Shown here piece after piece: positions 13,682 through 26,683 of a stretch of DNA of 64,000 nucleotides. The position numbers and the translations under genes were made by a program. Position 1 is the first letter of the stretch; the number at the start of each line of letters is the position of its first letter. Below the pieces are notes generated by a model that did no database searches, was not told where the DNA came from, and saw only the letters and a list, made by a program, of their open reading frames with translations. The stretch is taken from positions 10,778 to 74,777 of the forward strand of contig NW_021833815.1 of NCBI RefSeq assembly GCF_006345805.1, written 5' to 3'. This DNA comes from Octopus sinensis. Its lineage: Eukaryota.

Positions 13682-14190
13682 ATTTCCTTTATTAGCCACA
13701 AGGGTATAGGTGAGGGTTACATCACAAAGACAGTCTACAATTTGTGTTGTGGTTTACATAAAAGATGCGGGGTAAGAAATCGGTTAAATGAGATGGAAGT
13801 AAACATAGAAAGATGCCGTCCTCCTGATACAGGAGAAACCCCAACTAGGGCCAAACAAGGAACGCCACAAACCCAGGACTACACTGACCACCAAAGGCAC
13901 GAACCCACTCCCAAATGTTGCCCTCCAATCTATAGGTGCATGTTTAGAGTAAGTCCATTTACTTCAACTGTTTTTGCCGTAGTTATCCACTTTTTCGCAA
14001 AGTCACTGGGAGAAAACATTTCCATCTCCATCCTCACTTTCTTTTCCAAGTAGAACTTAAGAAAGTTAATGAGATCTTAACCGAAGAAGAAGAAGCTGTC
14101 TTTCCTCAGTCCTTTCAGCCTCGTCTACCACATAACCTCTTTTGTCCCTTGGGCGAAGGACACCGCCTGCCCTGTCTTGTGCGTGTTCCT
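13682..14190 (-). mobile_element. 3' fragment of L1/Tx1-like LINE
   Basis: Minus frame reads KEVMW*TRLKGLRKDSFFFG*DLINFLKFYLEKKVRMEMEMFSPSDFAKKWITTAKTVEVNGLTLNMHL* (stop 13930-13932), resembling Tx1 ORF2 C-termini (K..IW..R...F...W). The 3' UTR ends CCCTTGTGGCTAATAAAGGAAAT followed by CAT repeats. Confidence 0.7.
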
Positions 14191-14684
14191 CAGTAGCTCT
14201 CTCGATCCGAGATAAAATCAAAGTCGATCTCAGCAGAATTTGAGTTCAGGGCGTGAACTGAATCATAATGTGTTATATACGTCGGCGAAACTTCGAAGTC
14301 ACTGGCAACAAAATGATTAAGATTCTATACTCCGTTATTGAGTTCGTTTTGCAGTTGATGTTTATTGTCTTTATGAAAATATTCTTTTCAAAGACATACA
14401 TACACACATGCACACCTATACATCCTTAACTAAATGTATATACATACCATAGATAAGTTTGTGTGTCTTTGCATGCTTCTGTATATACGCTTGTGTATGT
14501 ATGTATGTATGTATGTTTGCATGCATGTACGCATGTATGTGTATGTGCATATATATGTATGTGTGTATATGTGTATAGAGAGAGAACGAGAGAGAGAGAA
14601 GGAGAGAGATAGAGAAAGAGAAAAAGAGAGAGAGGGAAAGATAGAGTAGAAATGGGGGGGGGTTCTATGTAACAATGTTCATAC

Positions 14685-14766
<82 letters not shown>

Positions 14767-15290
14767 TGAAATATCTGTTGTTTGATATGCAGATATGAAT
14801 AAATATTCAGTTAGTCTCTTTCTCTGTTTGTTCCTCTCACTCTCTCTCTCTCTATGTATATATACATAGACGATAGAAGTAGACTAAGATGAAAGGCCTC
14901 CCCTCCAGGGACATAATAAAACTCCGCCAATATATTTTCCTTACAACAAACAATACAATATTATGCTTTGTTTGTTTTCCACAAATTCCTGAAGTGTTAA
15001 TAATTTTCTTAAATTTTATTGTTGCACAAATTTGGACTTTATTATACTCACTACCATTGCTCTACATATATTACATTATATTATATTATATTATATTATT
15101 TTATATTATATTATATGTATATTATATTATATGTATATTACATTTATATATGCTATTTCATTATCTAAGCAACTATTGTCTATACACTATATACATACCT
15201 TACTGTGTATATGATGCATTGTGTTATATCATTGTGGTCCTGATACTGTAGTATGCACGCCAATAAGCTCTATGCTCTATTATCTTTTGT

Positions 15291-15494
15291 TGTGACCCCC
15301 TTCGGTCACGACACTGACCATGGGATTGCACCTAGAAAGTTACCCTCCGAGGCACAGGTCTGGGCAAGGTTGTTTATGGAAGACCAGCAGTCGCCCATGC
15401 ATACCGGCCTCCCCTCTTCACCCCACCAGTATTATCCAAGGGAAAGGCAAAGGGTCCGATACAGCTTGGCACCAGTGACGTCGCAGCTCATTTA
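15291..15494 (-). mobile_element. 3' portion of another SINE/LINE-tail repeat joined to family D
   Basis: GC-rich block abutting family D, with composition sharply distinct from the AT-rich flanks. It ends GTCGTGACCGAAGGGGGTCAC (small hairpin) on the minus strand. Confidence 0.55.
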
Positions 15495-15776
15495 TTAACG
15501 TGCAAGTGGCTGAGCACTCCACAGACACGTGTACCTGTAACGTAGTTCTCGGAGAGATTCAGCGTGACACAGAGTGTGACAAAGCTGGCCCTTTGAAATA
15601 CAGGTACAACAGAAACAGGAAGAAAGAGTGAAATTTGTGGTGAAAGAGTACAGCAGGGTTCACCACTTTAGGTGTTTTCGCTTAATAAACAATCACAATG
15701 CCAGGTCTAGGAATCGAAACCGCGATCATACGACCGCGAGTTCGCTGTTCTAACCACTGGGCCATTGCGCCTCCAC
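15495..15776 (-). mobile_element. tRNA-derived SINE (family D)
   Basis: Minus strand begins GTGGAGGCGCAATGGCCCAGTGGTTAG (A box) .. GGTTTCGATTCC (B box). The body is unrelated to families A and B. Confidence 0.75.
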
Positions 15777-17259
15777 TATTATACACGCTACTATATACAC
15801 CATTATACGCTTTATCAGTGGTCTTTGTGCTATATTATACCCACTACTAATGGTCTACATAGTGTTTTGCACATTACTTTTGATCGGCGCACTTCCCTCG
15901 CACACACACACACACACACTGCTATTATCTAAACGCTGTTTTCTGATGAACTAATGACGGCTTTTACATGGCCTATACATTATATTATAGATTGTTGATC
16001 TATATAAATCCACTGCACTATACACACAACTTGTTATACCACAGAACTCAATAATAACCAATTAACTAACTTAATTACAATCCTTTCATTCTGTCCTCCT
16101 TCTCAAAACTTTCAAACTGTTCCTCCATATTTTATTTCTCTTACTTTCCGTTTATTTCCATTTACTTCCGTTCACATTTGTTTAATTCCGTTTACTTAAT
16201 ATTTATTTTTGTTTATTACTGTTCACCCCGCAAGAAACGTCATCAAAAATGAACTCTGTGTTTTTTTATTAAACGATTTAAATCATGGATTAGGGTTGAG
16301 AGATCGATTTTTCATTGACCTGTCTTTATAAATGACCGACTCTGGCGTTAGAAAGGACCATAAAGGGTCAAGCTGAACAGTGGCGAGCTGTGAGGAGGGA
16401 AAGAAAAGGAGAGAAAGTTTCAATCGCTGAAGAACAAATTCTCTTTTTAAGGTTTTTTGTCCGAAACTTTAGATACATCAAAATGTCAGTGAGAAACGAC
16501 CGATGAGGATGTTCTGGTGATAGCTGTGTGAATGTGGATTTTGTGATAAACAAAGCATCTAAGTGGAAAGGCATGTCAGCCACCACACATATCCTGTTAC
16601 CAAAGAAATTTCCAATCTGAGTGAGATTAGATAATTCTGAGTTTGAGTAGGAGATCCAGAGTTTCTCTTCTGAGTTTCTTCTCAAGGACAATCAGCTATC
16701 AATTTTATAGTGCTCCCGCTGCTTAAAACGTCTTGCAATAAAGGGAGGGGGTGGGGGTCATTTATGAACACTTTTCACGCAATACAAACCACTCGCTTCT
16801 CGGCTGGTTGTCTGCTGCCCAACACCTCATCCCTACATCCAGTCACCCTCCCACTCGCCATTCATAAACTATTTAAATAAAATAAAAACCCAAATAATCC
16901 ACCGCATGATTGAAGTGAAACAAATATCGATCTATTGGCGATCCAGGACCGAGCTTATTTCCATGTTAGTAATTAAACCAATTATGTTCGCTTTGTATAA
17001 TTACTTTTTACTCATTTGCTGTGTGTGAAGCTGATTAGTTGTGTGTGTGTGGATGTGTGGGTGTGCATGTGTTATCAATCTAGATATCAAATATTAATGA
17101 ATATATTGCCGAGTGGAACTGTGTTTAACTATTAGGCTATAAGGAACTGGGGATGTACTTTATCTCTCTTTCTCTCTCTCTCTCACACACACACACACAC
17201 GCACACACACACACACACACTCCTTCTCTCTTTTTTCTTCCTTTCTTTCTCTCACTATT

Positions 17260-17308
<49 letters not shown>

Positions 17309-18102
17309 CACCCCCACACACAAAATGGACGATCATCGGAGAGATGAAATATGTGTGGGTTGTATGAGACAGTGTGTGTGTGTGTGTGTGTGACGGAGAG
17401 ATAGATAGGTAGATAGAGAGAGGGGTGTACTGTAATTATAGACCTGAAAAGGATGACAGGCAAAGTTGACCTTAGTAGTTTTTGAACCCATGACTCGGAG
17501 ATCCAGAACAAAAACCACCAAGCATTCCATTAGATACTCTACCAACTCCTTTCAGTCTCTGCTTTAACTAATTAATTAGTGTAGACACAGAGATGTAGTT
17601 ATTACAGAGACGTAAGTTAATTAATGCAGAATGCAAATTATTAGACAAATTCTATGGAATAGTGCTAGTTAAATTAGCAATAACATGTTATGAAATAACT
17701 ACCCCGGGTAGATTAAAACCAACAGTTGTAATTGAACTAACAACATAAAAGTACGGGTAGAATTAAAAATCTAATGCGAGAACTGGTTGAATCCGGTTTA
17801 TAACTTCAGTTTTATTCATATAAGTCATTATTCATTCATAAATCAACGAAATGATGAGGATTAATTAATTAAAAAAAAAACAAACATAAATCAATGCTCT
17901 AATTATGCTTGGTTAACGTTTCCCAGACAGATTTTGGTCTGGCATTTGTTCAATTCCATATTCTTTATGTTTTGTCTGGCATCTCGATCAAGTCAGCTTC
18001 AATAATTCAAATTCTTCATCAATATCGAAACTATTGAGATTTCTATGGAATCAATGAAGTCATCAATGACAAACAACTCCGAGTTTGGTTTCTATGTATC
18101 TC

Positions 18103-18143
<41 letters not shown>

Positions 18144-18289
18144 AATGAATAAATGGAACAAATATGAGTTCCCTTTCTATTGTTTATTCAATTATTGTTA
18201 ATAAAATTAACATCCAAGGACAAATATATACACAACAGCCATATATATATATATATATATATATACATTTCTCTTTCTCTTCATCTTCA

Positions 18290-18324
<35 letters not shown>

Positions 18325-18676
18325 GTGCGCGTGTGTGGAGGGGAGAGAATTGGAAACGCCGCTTCCACGTGAATGTTTTGACGTCTTTCGAGGAACAGAA
18401 GGAGTGGAGGGTGGAACCTCTTTGAGTACAGACTGACTGACGAAAGAGAATATGTTGGAATAATTTGAAATGAAGAAGAAATAAGACTTTTATTGTTATG
18501 TAACTGTTAATTGTTCGCAGGAAACAATAGAATATAGTGGAGGAAATATAGAAAACTGGAAAGAAATATCTGTAATTGAGATATCTGATGGATTTTATTC
18601 CGTCTTAGAATTGTTCATCTTTTATTTCGAAAAAGATTTTAAACATCTACTAGAAGAGAGATGTGTGTGTGTATGT

Positions 18677-18742
<66 letters not shown>

Positions 18743-19799
18743 GGCAAAAGAAAAGTTTTACATTTGAAAAAACTCACCCAATCGATCTTTGAGAGATTTT
18801 AATAAAAGAGTATGAAACGAAAAGAATGAACAAAAAAAGACGAAATTCAGCGTTTGTGTTTTGAAAACAATGACAGACGTTTATTGTTGATCTTTAGTGG
18901 GCGAATGAGAAGAGGTGGGCCCAGCTCTTTATTTTCATTTCTTTGGTGAAAAGAAATAGAAACAAAATTAGATTTCAAGGGAAAAACACACAAACAGAAA
19001 CTAAGTCAAGAAACTCTTTACCGATTCCACTTCATTCCCTCCGACCTCGCTAACTTTTTACTTTTGTAGATTTCGAGCCACGACAAGTGGGCAGCTGCAG
19101 ACAAACAACATTCATGGAGTTCCTGAAATCTTTCCTTAACCATTCTTTGTTCTCCAGTGCTTCCCTTTTAGTCTTCTTCTTCTTCTTCTTCTCGCATCTT
19201 TCACCGTTCCTTATTCCTTTTCCCTTTCTCGGTCAATGTCCATTGAATTCGTTTTGATCTCTTCTACATACTTCTAACATGTTATATTCCTGTACCACTT
19301 CAAATATAATTTATTCTCTCTGCTACTTCAATATCTCAATATCAACCAATTTAGTATGTCTTTTGTTAAGACATATCACTTTAGAATATACATTATGACA
19401 TGTGTGAAATAAGATATAGCTCAATATCTTAAGATCTACTTCTTTAAATACATCTTATTATTGTCTGGATGGAATTTATATTTTATTATCTTAAAGAACA
19501 TCCCTTTCGATACATCTGATTGTATCTCTGTGATACAAACTCCTATATTTTCAGCTGCACTATTCTAAATATATCATATTGTATAGAAGTAATATATACA
19601 GGAATATTTCAACATTTATGCTTATATCTTCATGTCTTGAAGTTAAGATGTACCATTCTAAGAATATCTTATTATTTCGGTGTCGTACTTGAATTTGTTA
19701 AGATGTACCATTCCAAATATATTTTAATGTTTTGATGTTAAGATGTATGTACCATTACTGAGGAAAACCTGTTTCCAAGACGAGCCAAAGAAAGATCTT

Positions 19800-20043
19800 C
19801 TGCTTCGCCATTCTACCTGCTAGAAATAGTTGCCAAATCTCTCTCAAATCACACTCTAGCAACTTTAAGTATAAGAAGGGTATATTTAATAATGTAGTCT
19901 GAATTAAACTATCTCTAAAACCTCTCAAGATGGCCATGGTTGGAACACCTTTAATCGAAGATCTGCTCATCCTCGAGATGAATAGGGGTTTAAAGAAGTT
20001 CAGTCATTGACTAAACGACAGCGACAACAACAACAACAACAAA
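19800..20043 (+). mobile_element. Dispersed repeat family C (~250 bp, (CAA)n-tailed retroposon-like)
   Basis: CTGCTAGAAATAG..CCAAATCTCTCTCAAATCACAC..GATGGCCATGGTTGGAACACCTTT..AAACAACAAC. Related copies at about 1590-1760, 2250-2625, 7085, 12690-12870, 25890, 26740-27010, 37290-37430, 39340, 42400-42570, 48815-49156 and 60195-60390. Confidence 0.75.
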
Positions 20044-20822
20044 CTGTTTTAATCAAGTCTGCGACTGCCATTTTCAGATTCTTCAATCCATTTCTATCAA
20101 AACAGTTGACCAAATTCCGTTGGAAAGACTTTCTGCGAGAGGATTTCTCTCTTTATTTGCTGTCATGTTTGTTTATTTTGTTTATGACAGAAGTAAAGTT
20201 TACATTGAACGGTAGAATATAATACATGTTACATTAGAGACTACATGTTAGAACATAATGCATGTTAGTTCAGTCAGTACATGTTAGATGAGTACTTACA
20301 TGTATGATCTCCTTTTATGTCTAAGACAATTCCTTACATGTAAGACCAGACCTCACATGTAAGACTTGACTTTACATGTAAGACGAATATTTACATGTGT
20401 AATGTCTGAAACATGTATTATTTCACAGTATTGACTGTATTTCAATACTGTTAATCGCTCCGTATTTTGATCTGTGCCTTCAAACTATAAAAGTAAAATT
20501 AAGTCACAGAAACTACCTTCCGTCCCGACAGACTTTCAAGAGGGAATGGTGACATATTTAATGCTGGGATGTGGTTACTTTATCACACACACACAAACAT
20601 GCGTTCTGAGGAAGGTACCTGAACAGTCCAGCACCTCACAACGACAAGTGGGTCTCATATCCCAACTATAGTTTTCAAGTTTACCAGTATCGCGGGTACA
20701 ATCCGTCCCATGATCTCTCACCCCGTCTCCGTCCACTCGCCAAAGATAACACTTCTCTAACTTGACATTAACCCCTTAAGCACTGTGTCCATTATATGTG
20801 TGTGTGTATGTGTATGTAAGCA

Positions 20823-20866
<44 letters not shown>

Positions 20867-20952
20867 CTATCTATATATATATTATATATATATGTGTGTG
20901 TGTGTGTGTATCAATCTGTCTCTATGCATCTATCTATCTATCTACCTAGCTA

Positions 20953-20993
<41 letters not shown>

Positions 20994-22194
20994 TTCTTTT
21001 TTCACTTGCACACATGTACACACACACACATATGCACTATGTCACACACAGACAGAATGGAACCCGCTTATTATAATCATGACTCGAAACACGTTCAAGG
21101 TATTGTGACATAGCCTGAATGTTATTGTTCGCTTATTATTATCAACAAGGGTCCGTTCTAAAATGATCACAATGATAGGGTTCGATTGCACGCAAACTCG
21201 CTCACACTTACGTGCGACTAAATGTGGGTTTATATATATAATACATATATATGTATGCGTGTGTGTGTGTGTGTGTGTGTACGTATCCATCCATCTACAC
21301 ATAAACACATACATACATACGCACATGCATACATACATATCTACATTCGTCCATCAGAATGGCAGCAGAAGAGAATGATGCTATAAAGAGATTTCCTTCA
21401 GCCGACCGTTCTTATTTGATGGCGTTAATTATACAGTAACGAATGAATATTTAAAAGGGCGGGAAAAGACCGTCTTAGACCGACACCACCATCATCAGCC
21501 CCATCATCATAAATAGCAACACCATCTCCATCCTGATCGCTACCACTGTTATTACCATCAACATCATCATCACTATAATCGTAAACATTATCATTACTGA
21601 AAAATAAATAAAATAAATAACAATAATGGTGATGATGATGATGATGATGATGATGATAATAATAATAATAATAATGAGAGAAAGAAGTTAATTAAAGGAT
21701 ACATACAAATTGTTACTTTTAAATCTCTTCCAAATTAATTATACGGGAAGAAATGTTTTGCTTAATTTTATATATATTTTTTTCCAAATATTGTTTTTTT
21801 TTTATTCTCAGCAAAATCTGTCTTGTAATTACTTGTATTGATTAATTCACAAAACTTCCAACTAAAAGAATGACGACAAAATTTAATCGACGAAAACGAG
21901 AGAGACAGCGAAAATATCAAGAATCTGTTTATTTAATTGCCAAAACTATTTTTTTTAAAGTTTCCTTTAAATTTTCTCGTCATTTTGTTTTGTGATGTTT
22001 TGGTCTTAGTCCATTATTTTAAAGATTATTAGTGTGTATATAATGTGTAGTTGTAATTATGGGTGTATATAATATGTGTATATATATATTGTATACTTGG
22101 AATTACGCGTACAGACACATATATATATGTATATGTACATATGTGTATGTGTGTGTGTGTATATTTGTGTATATGCACCTATACACACACACGC

Positions 22195-22266
<72 letters not shown>

Positions 22267-22859
22267 ATATATGTATATATGCATATATGTGTGTCTAACG
22301 AATAATTAATATTTTTATTTAAAAAAAAAGACAATTAACAGTAGAATACATTAAAATTTTGTGTATGATTAGTTAAGAAAATTAACTTAAACTGGACAAA
22401 GTATGTTATTGTAATTAAAGGGTGTGGGTGGGGTATCAAGGAAATATTGTTGTTATCAAAAACATGACATTCACAGAATTAGAGCCCTCACATCACATCT
22501 GTACACATACGTGCACACACATACATGCCATTACATATACGTACAGCCTTCACAGGCCTCACTTCAACTGTCGTTGTACCACACACACACACACACACAC
22601 CTATTCACAGCATCATAGCCCACACATCACCCTACAAACACGCAAGTGAACAACAAACACTGAATTTTAACGACAGTTAAATTTGAATAAATGAAAATTG
22701 ATTTTTATTTTTGTTAAAAGTGAGAATATTTCAACCATAAAACCTGAAATAATTAAAGAGTTCAACATTTTCACTCTTATTTTTCGAATAAAATTTGAAA
22801 AAAATTAAAACTTTGAAGTGTATTATTCTTAGTGTGTAGCTGTGTGTGTGTGTGTGTGT

Positions 22860-22928
<69 letters not shown>

Positions 22929-23061
22929 ATTACGTACCCGAATAATAAAGGTGTACCATGGTAGAGATGGGGTTAATAAACATAAAACGTGTTTAGTTTG
23001 ATTAAACAAAGGAAGGAAGGAAAGGAAAAAAGAAGGAAGGAGTTCACTGGGTGATATTTCA

Positions 23062-23186
23062 CTGGTAGTGGTGATGGTGGTGGTAGTGGTGGAGATGGTG
23101 GTAGTGGTGGAGATGGTGGTAGTGGTGGAGATGGTGGTAGTGGTGGTGATGGTGGTAGTGGTGGAGATGGTGGTAGTGGTGGTGGA
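23062..23186. repeat. 18-bp minisatellite (GGTAGTGGTGGAGATGGT)n
   Basis: About 6 copies; gives the PPLPPS repeat ORF. Confidence 0.92.
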
Positions 23187-23462
23187 TATGTCCTACACTT
23201 AAAAAAAAACCCCACCAAACACACTTTACGTCGCCCTTGTCATAAATTAAGATCGATATTAAAACTTAATCGAAGCCAATCGCTGTTGAATCTTAAGAAA
23301 ATCTTAAGAAGGAGAGAGCGGGGTGAGTGTTTGGGGGGGGCGAGGGGGGCACATACAGTCGAAACTTGAATTAATTAATAAGGACCCTGCGACTATATAT
23401 TTTATGTATATACACAGAGTAACAATACAGTTTATAAATAGATTTAGAATACTTTTATGAAT

Positions 23463-23670
23463 TAGTTTCAAATTTTGGCACAAGGCCAGCAATTTCGTGG
23501 GAGGAGGTAAGTCGATTACATCGACCCCCGGTACTCGATTGGTATTCATTTTATAGACTCCGAGAGCAAGAATGGTAAAGTCGATCTCGGCGGAGTTTGA
23601 ACTCAGAACATAAAGACGGACGAAATGCCGCTAAGCAATTTTTCCGGCATGCTGAAGGTTCTTCCAGCTT
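23463..23670 (-). mobile_element. Family A SINE
   Basis: TTTCAAATTTTGGCACAAGGCC..GTCGATTACATCGACCCC..AAAGTCGATCTCGGCGGAGTTTGAACTCAGAAC. Confidence 0.85.
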
Positions 23671-23970
23671 GTTGTCTTAGATTAGTTTATTATATTCACA
23701 CATTTATAACACTATTTTTTATATACGCTGATTTTAACAATGCTATTATATATATGTGCATGTGTGTGTGTGTGTGTGTGTGTCTGTACTATTATAGTAG
23801 CAGTTATACATAGATGTATGTATATATGTACATACTTACATATATACATACATACATATGTATGTGTGTGTATGTATATATGTGTGTGTATATATATATA
23901 TACATGTATGCATATATACATGCACATATACACATATATATGTGTATGTATGTATATATATATAAATATT

Positions 23971-24003
<33 letters not shown>

Positions 24004-26497
24004 GTATGTGTATGTATGTATACATGTATGCATATATACATACACATATACACATATATATGTGTATGTATGTATGTGTATGTATATATTTGTATGTATG
24101 CATATGTGACAATACTTACATATGCACTATGAGTAACAATAGTGTCACATATATACACGCTTATTATAACTATAATTCGTTTATATACACTTATAATGGT
24201 TTCCAATATAGGCACAAGGCCAGCAGTGTTGAGGGGAGGGTGTCAGCCGATACCATCGCCCCAGTACTTTATTTTATCGACGTCGAAAAGATGAAAGACC
24301 ATAGCAATACTTTTGTTATTGTACAGTACTACAGAGTGTATATAGAGATATATCGAGATATACTATATATAATACAAGATGTTTGTACGTCAGTTTTATT
24401 CATTCGATTGCATAAGATTGACGCCAGTGCCTATGACCCTTTTTCTGTTGTTTCGTGACCGATAGATGGATGAAAGGGAGGAAGGTATTCGCAGACAGAA
24501 GACTTGGCCCAAATCTTTGCAACAGAATCATTCCACTCAAAGGTATCCAAGGTATCCAAAGTATCCAAGGCTTGCGGCAAGCGATTAAATCTACTTTTGA
24601 TTTACAGGGCAAGATTTGAACTCAGAACGCAAAATCCGTAACAAATACCGCAATGAAACCCGTTCTTTCAGACACTCTAATGATCCCGCTGGATCACACC
24701 CTAAATTAGAAATTAATTTATCGACTCTGGGATGATGAAAGACAAAGTTGATCTAGGCTGGATTTGAACTCAGAACACAAGGGAGTCGGAATAACTACTG
24801 CAATGTGTCTCATTACATAAAGTATTGGTTAACATCTTCAGATCTCTGTGGAGTTTAACATTGCAACAAAACACTATTAACACTCAGCAGTTTATTAATA
24901 ATAAGCCATACAAAAGACGGGAGTTTCTATAAAATGAAATGAATTTTCCTGAAACAGTAAAGTTTTGAGACAAATATTTTGGTGATTCTGGTTAAATTCT
25001 AACCACTAAAAAGGGGGGCGGGGAAATAGTTTGATTTAATATTTACAGAAACAGGGCACGGCATACAAACTGAAGAGATTCTAGCTATGAATACAGTGCA
25101 AATGAAAGGTGACGAAGCATAAAACGACAACTGAAACAACCAGATTTTACTCTCAGATTGCAATATGCAGTCAGTGTTCGTGACTTTTGGCCCATTGACC
25201 CACCCTGGACAAGTTTTTACTGAAACAAATCATTAAGAACAACTTTAATTGTTTTCTTTTATTACCGATTAGATCAAATATCTTACTGTAAATATATACA
25301 TATTGTACACACACACACACACACACACACATTGCTGGTTGTTTGTGAGGCAAGGAAATAAGCTGAGTGACTGAACGTAGTGTTAGTAGAATGCATAGAA
25401 AACTTCTGACTTGGGTCATGACAAGGAAAATTGGTATTGTTACAGCTTGGCTGATTTATCGAACATTGACACAGCTCCACAATAGTATAGTATTTAGTTA
25501 CTATATTATGTAACATAACAGTAACATACAATATAGGAGTCACGATACCACTTGAGTATGTAGTTACAAACACTGCCACCTTTTTATCCGTCACTCTCAA
25601 AACCGCTGCCATTCTGTCCATCATTCAGTTAATAGCGCTACCATTGTATTTGTCACTCTCTCGACCACCGTCCCTCAGCATATCATTATCAATCTGTGAA
25701 GAGCAATGAAGATGTTGAATTTGAAAAAGCTGAGCTGTTTGGTCGTAGACAGCAGTAACAACAGTAATAATTGAAGCTAAGTACCTCAATAACCATCTCT
25801 GTTTATAACAGTTATATATCTACACGGGACAGCTGACAACACCGTCATAAAACAGCGTGACGTAAGTCAACACTAGAAAAATATGCACTTACGGTTGAAC
25901 AACATGATCGCCCGAAATAACAGTCAAAACTCCCTCAAATCATACTCTACAGTATATATATATATATAGTTTGCACTTCCGTTATAGGCAGGATCAACAA
26001 AGAAGTACTCTGTCTAATGATTGATAAATATCATTTAATATACACGATAACAAAAGAGCTATTGATAGTTTCATGCTTTAGAAATACAACAAATAGGCAG
26101 ATTATATAACATATCATGCATTTCTAAGCAATCTTTCAGGCTCAGAGCATATCGTTAGATGTATTTAAAAGTCAGGACGCTGGTCTATGAGAAAAAAAAA
26201 ACGAGAGGAAGGTTGATGTAAAAAGAGGAAAGAAAAGTAAGAAAACCAAGATCTGCCAATTTATTGTATCTCTAAAGCATGAAACTCTAAGTAGCTCTTT
26301 TAAAAAATTTTTGTATATAAGATGCAGTGGTGAGTGCTTGAACATCACCTTATAGGTAGAAACAGTCATTAGTTAGTGAAGCTGGTCGCCTAATTCCTGC
26401 TCCTTTGTCATTCCATTAATTACATACGACGCTCTTTACTCCTGAAAGCTTTAGTCTGAAGCTTATGTATATTGAGTTCTTACCTAAGCGAAACCTA

Positions 26498-26552
<55 letters not shown>

Positions 26553-26595
26553 TATATATATAGTATATATATATATATATATACATATGTATGTA

Positions 26596-26683
<88 letters not shown>

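Noticed and set aside
13661-14053. 130-aa plus-strand ORF
   Set aside because: Antisense to the Tx1-like LINE fragment.
15700-15776. tRNA gene
   Set aside because: A and B boxes are present, but there is no complete cloverleaf and it continues into a SINE body. The same applies to 28394, 35891 and 41271.
17365-17380. TGAGACAGTGTGT resembling the start of miR-1994
   Set aside because: Runs directly into a (TG)n microsatellite; no hairpin.
22973-23224. Proline-rich extensin/formin-like ORF (PPLPPS)n
   Set aside because: An 18-bp minisatellite with no flanking coding context.
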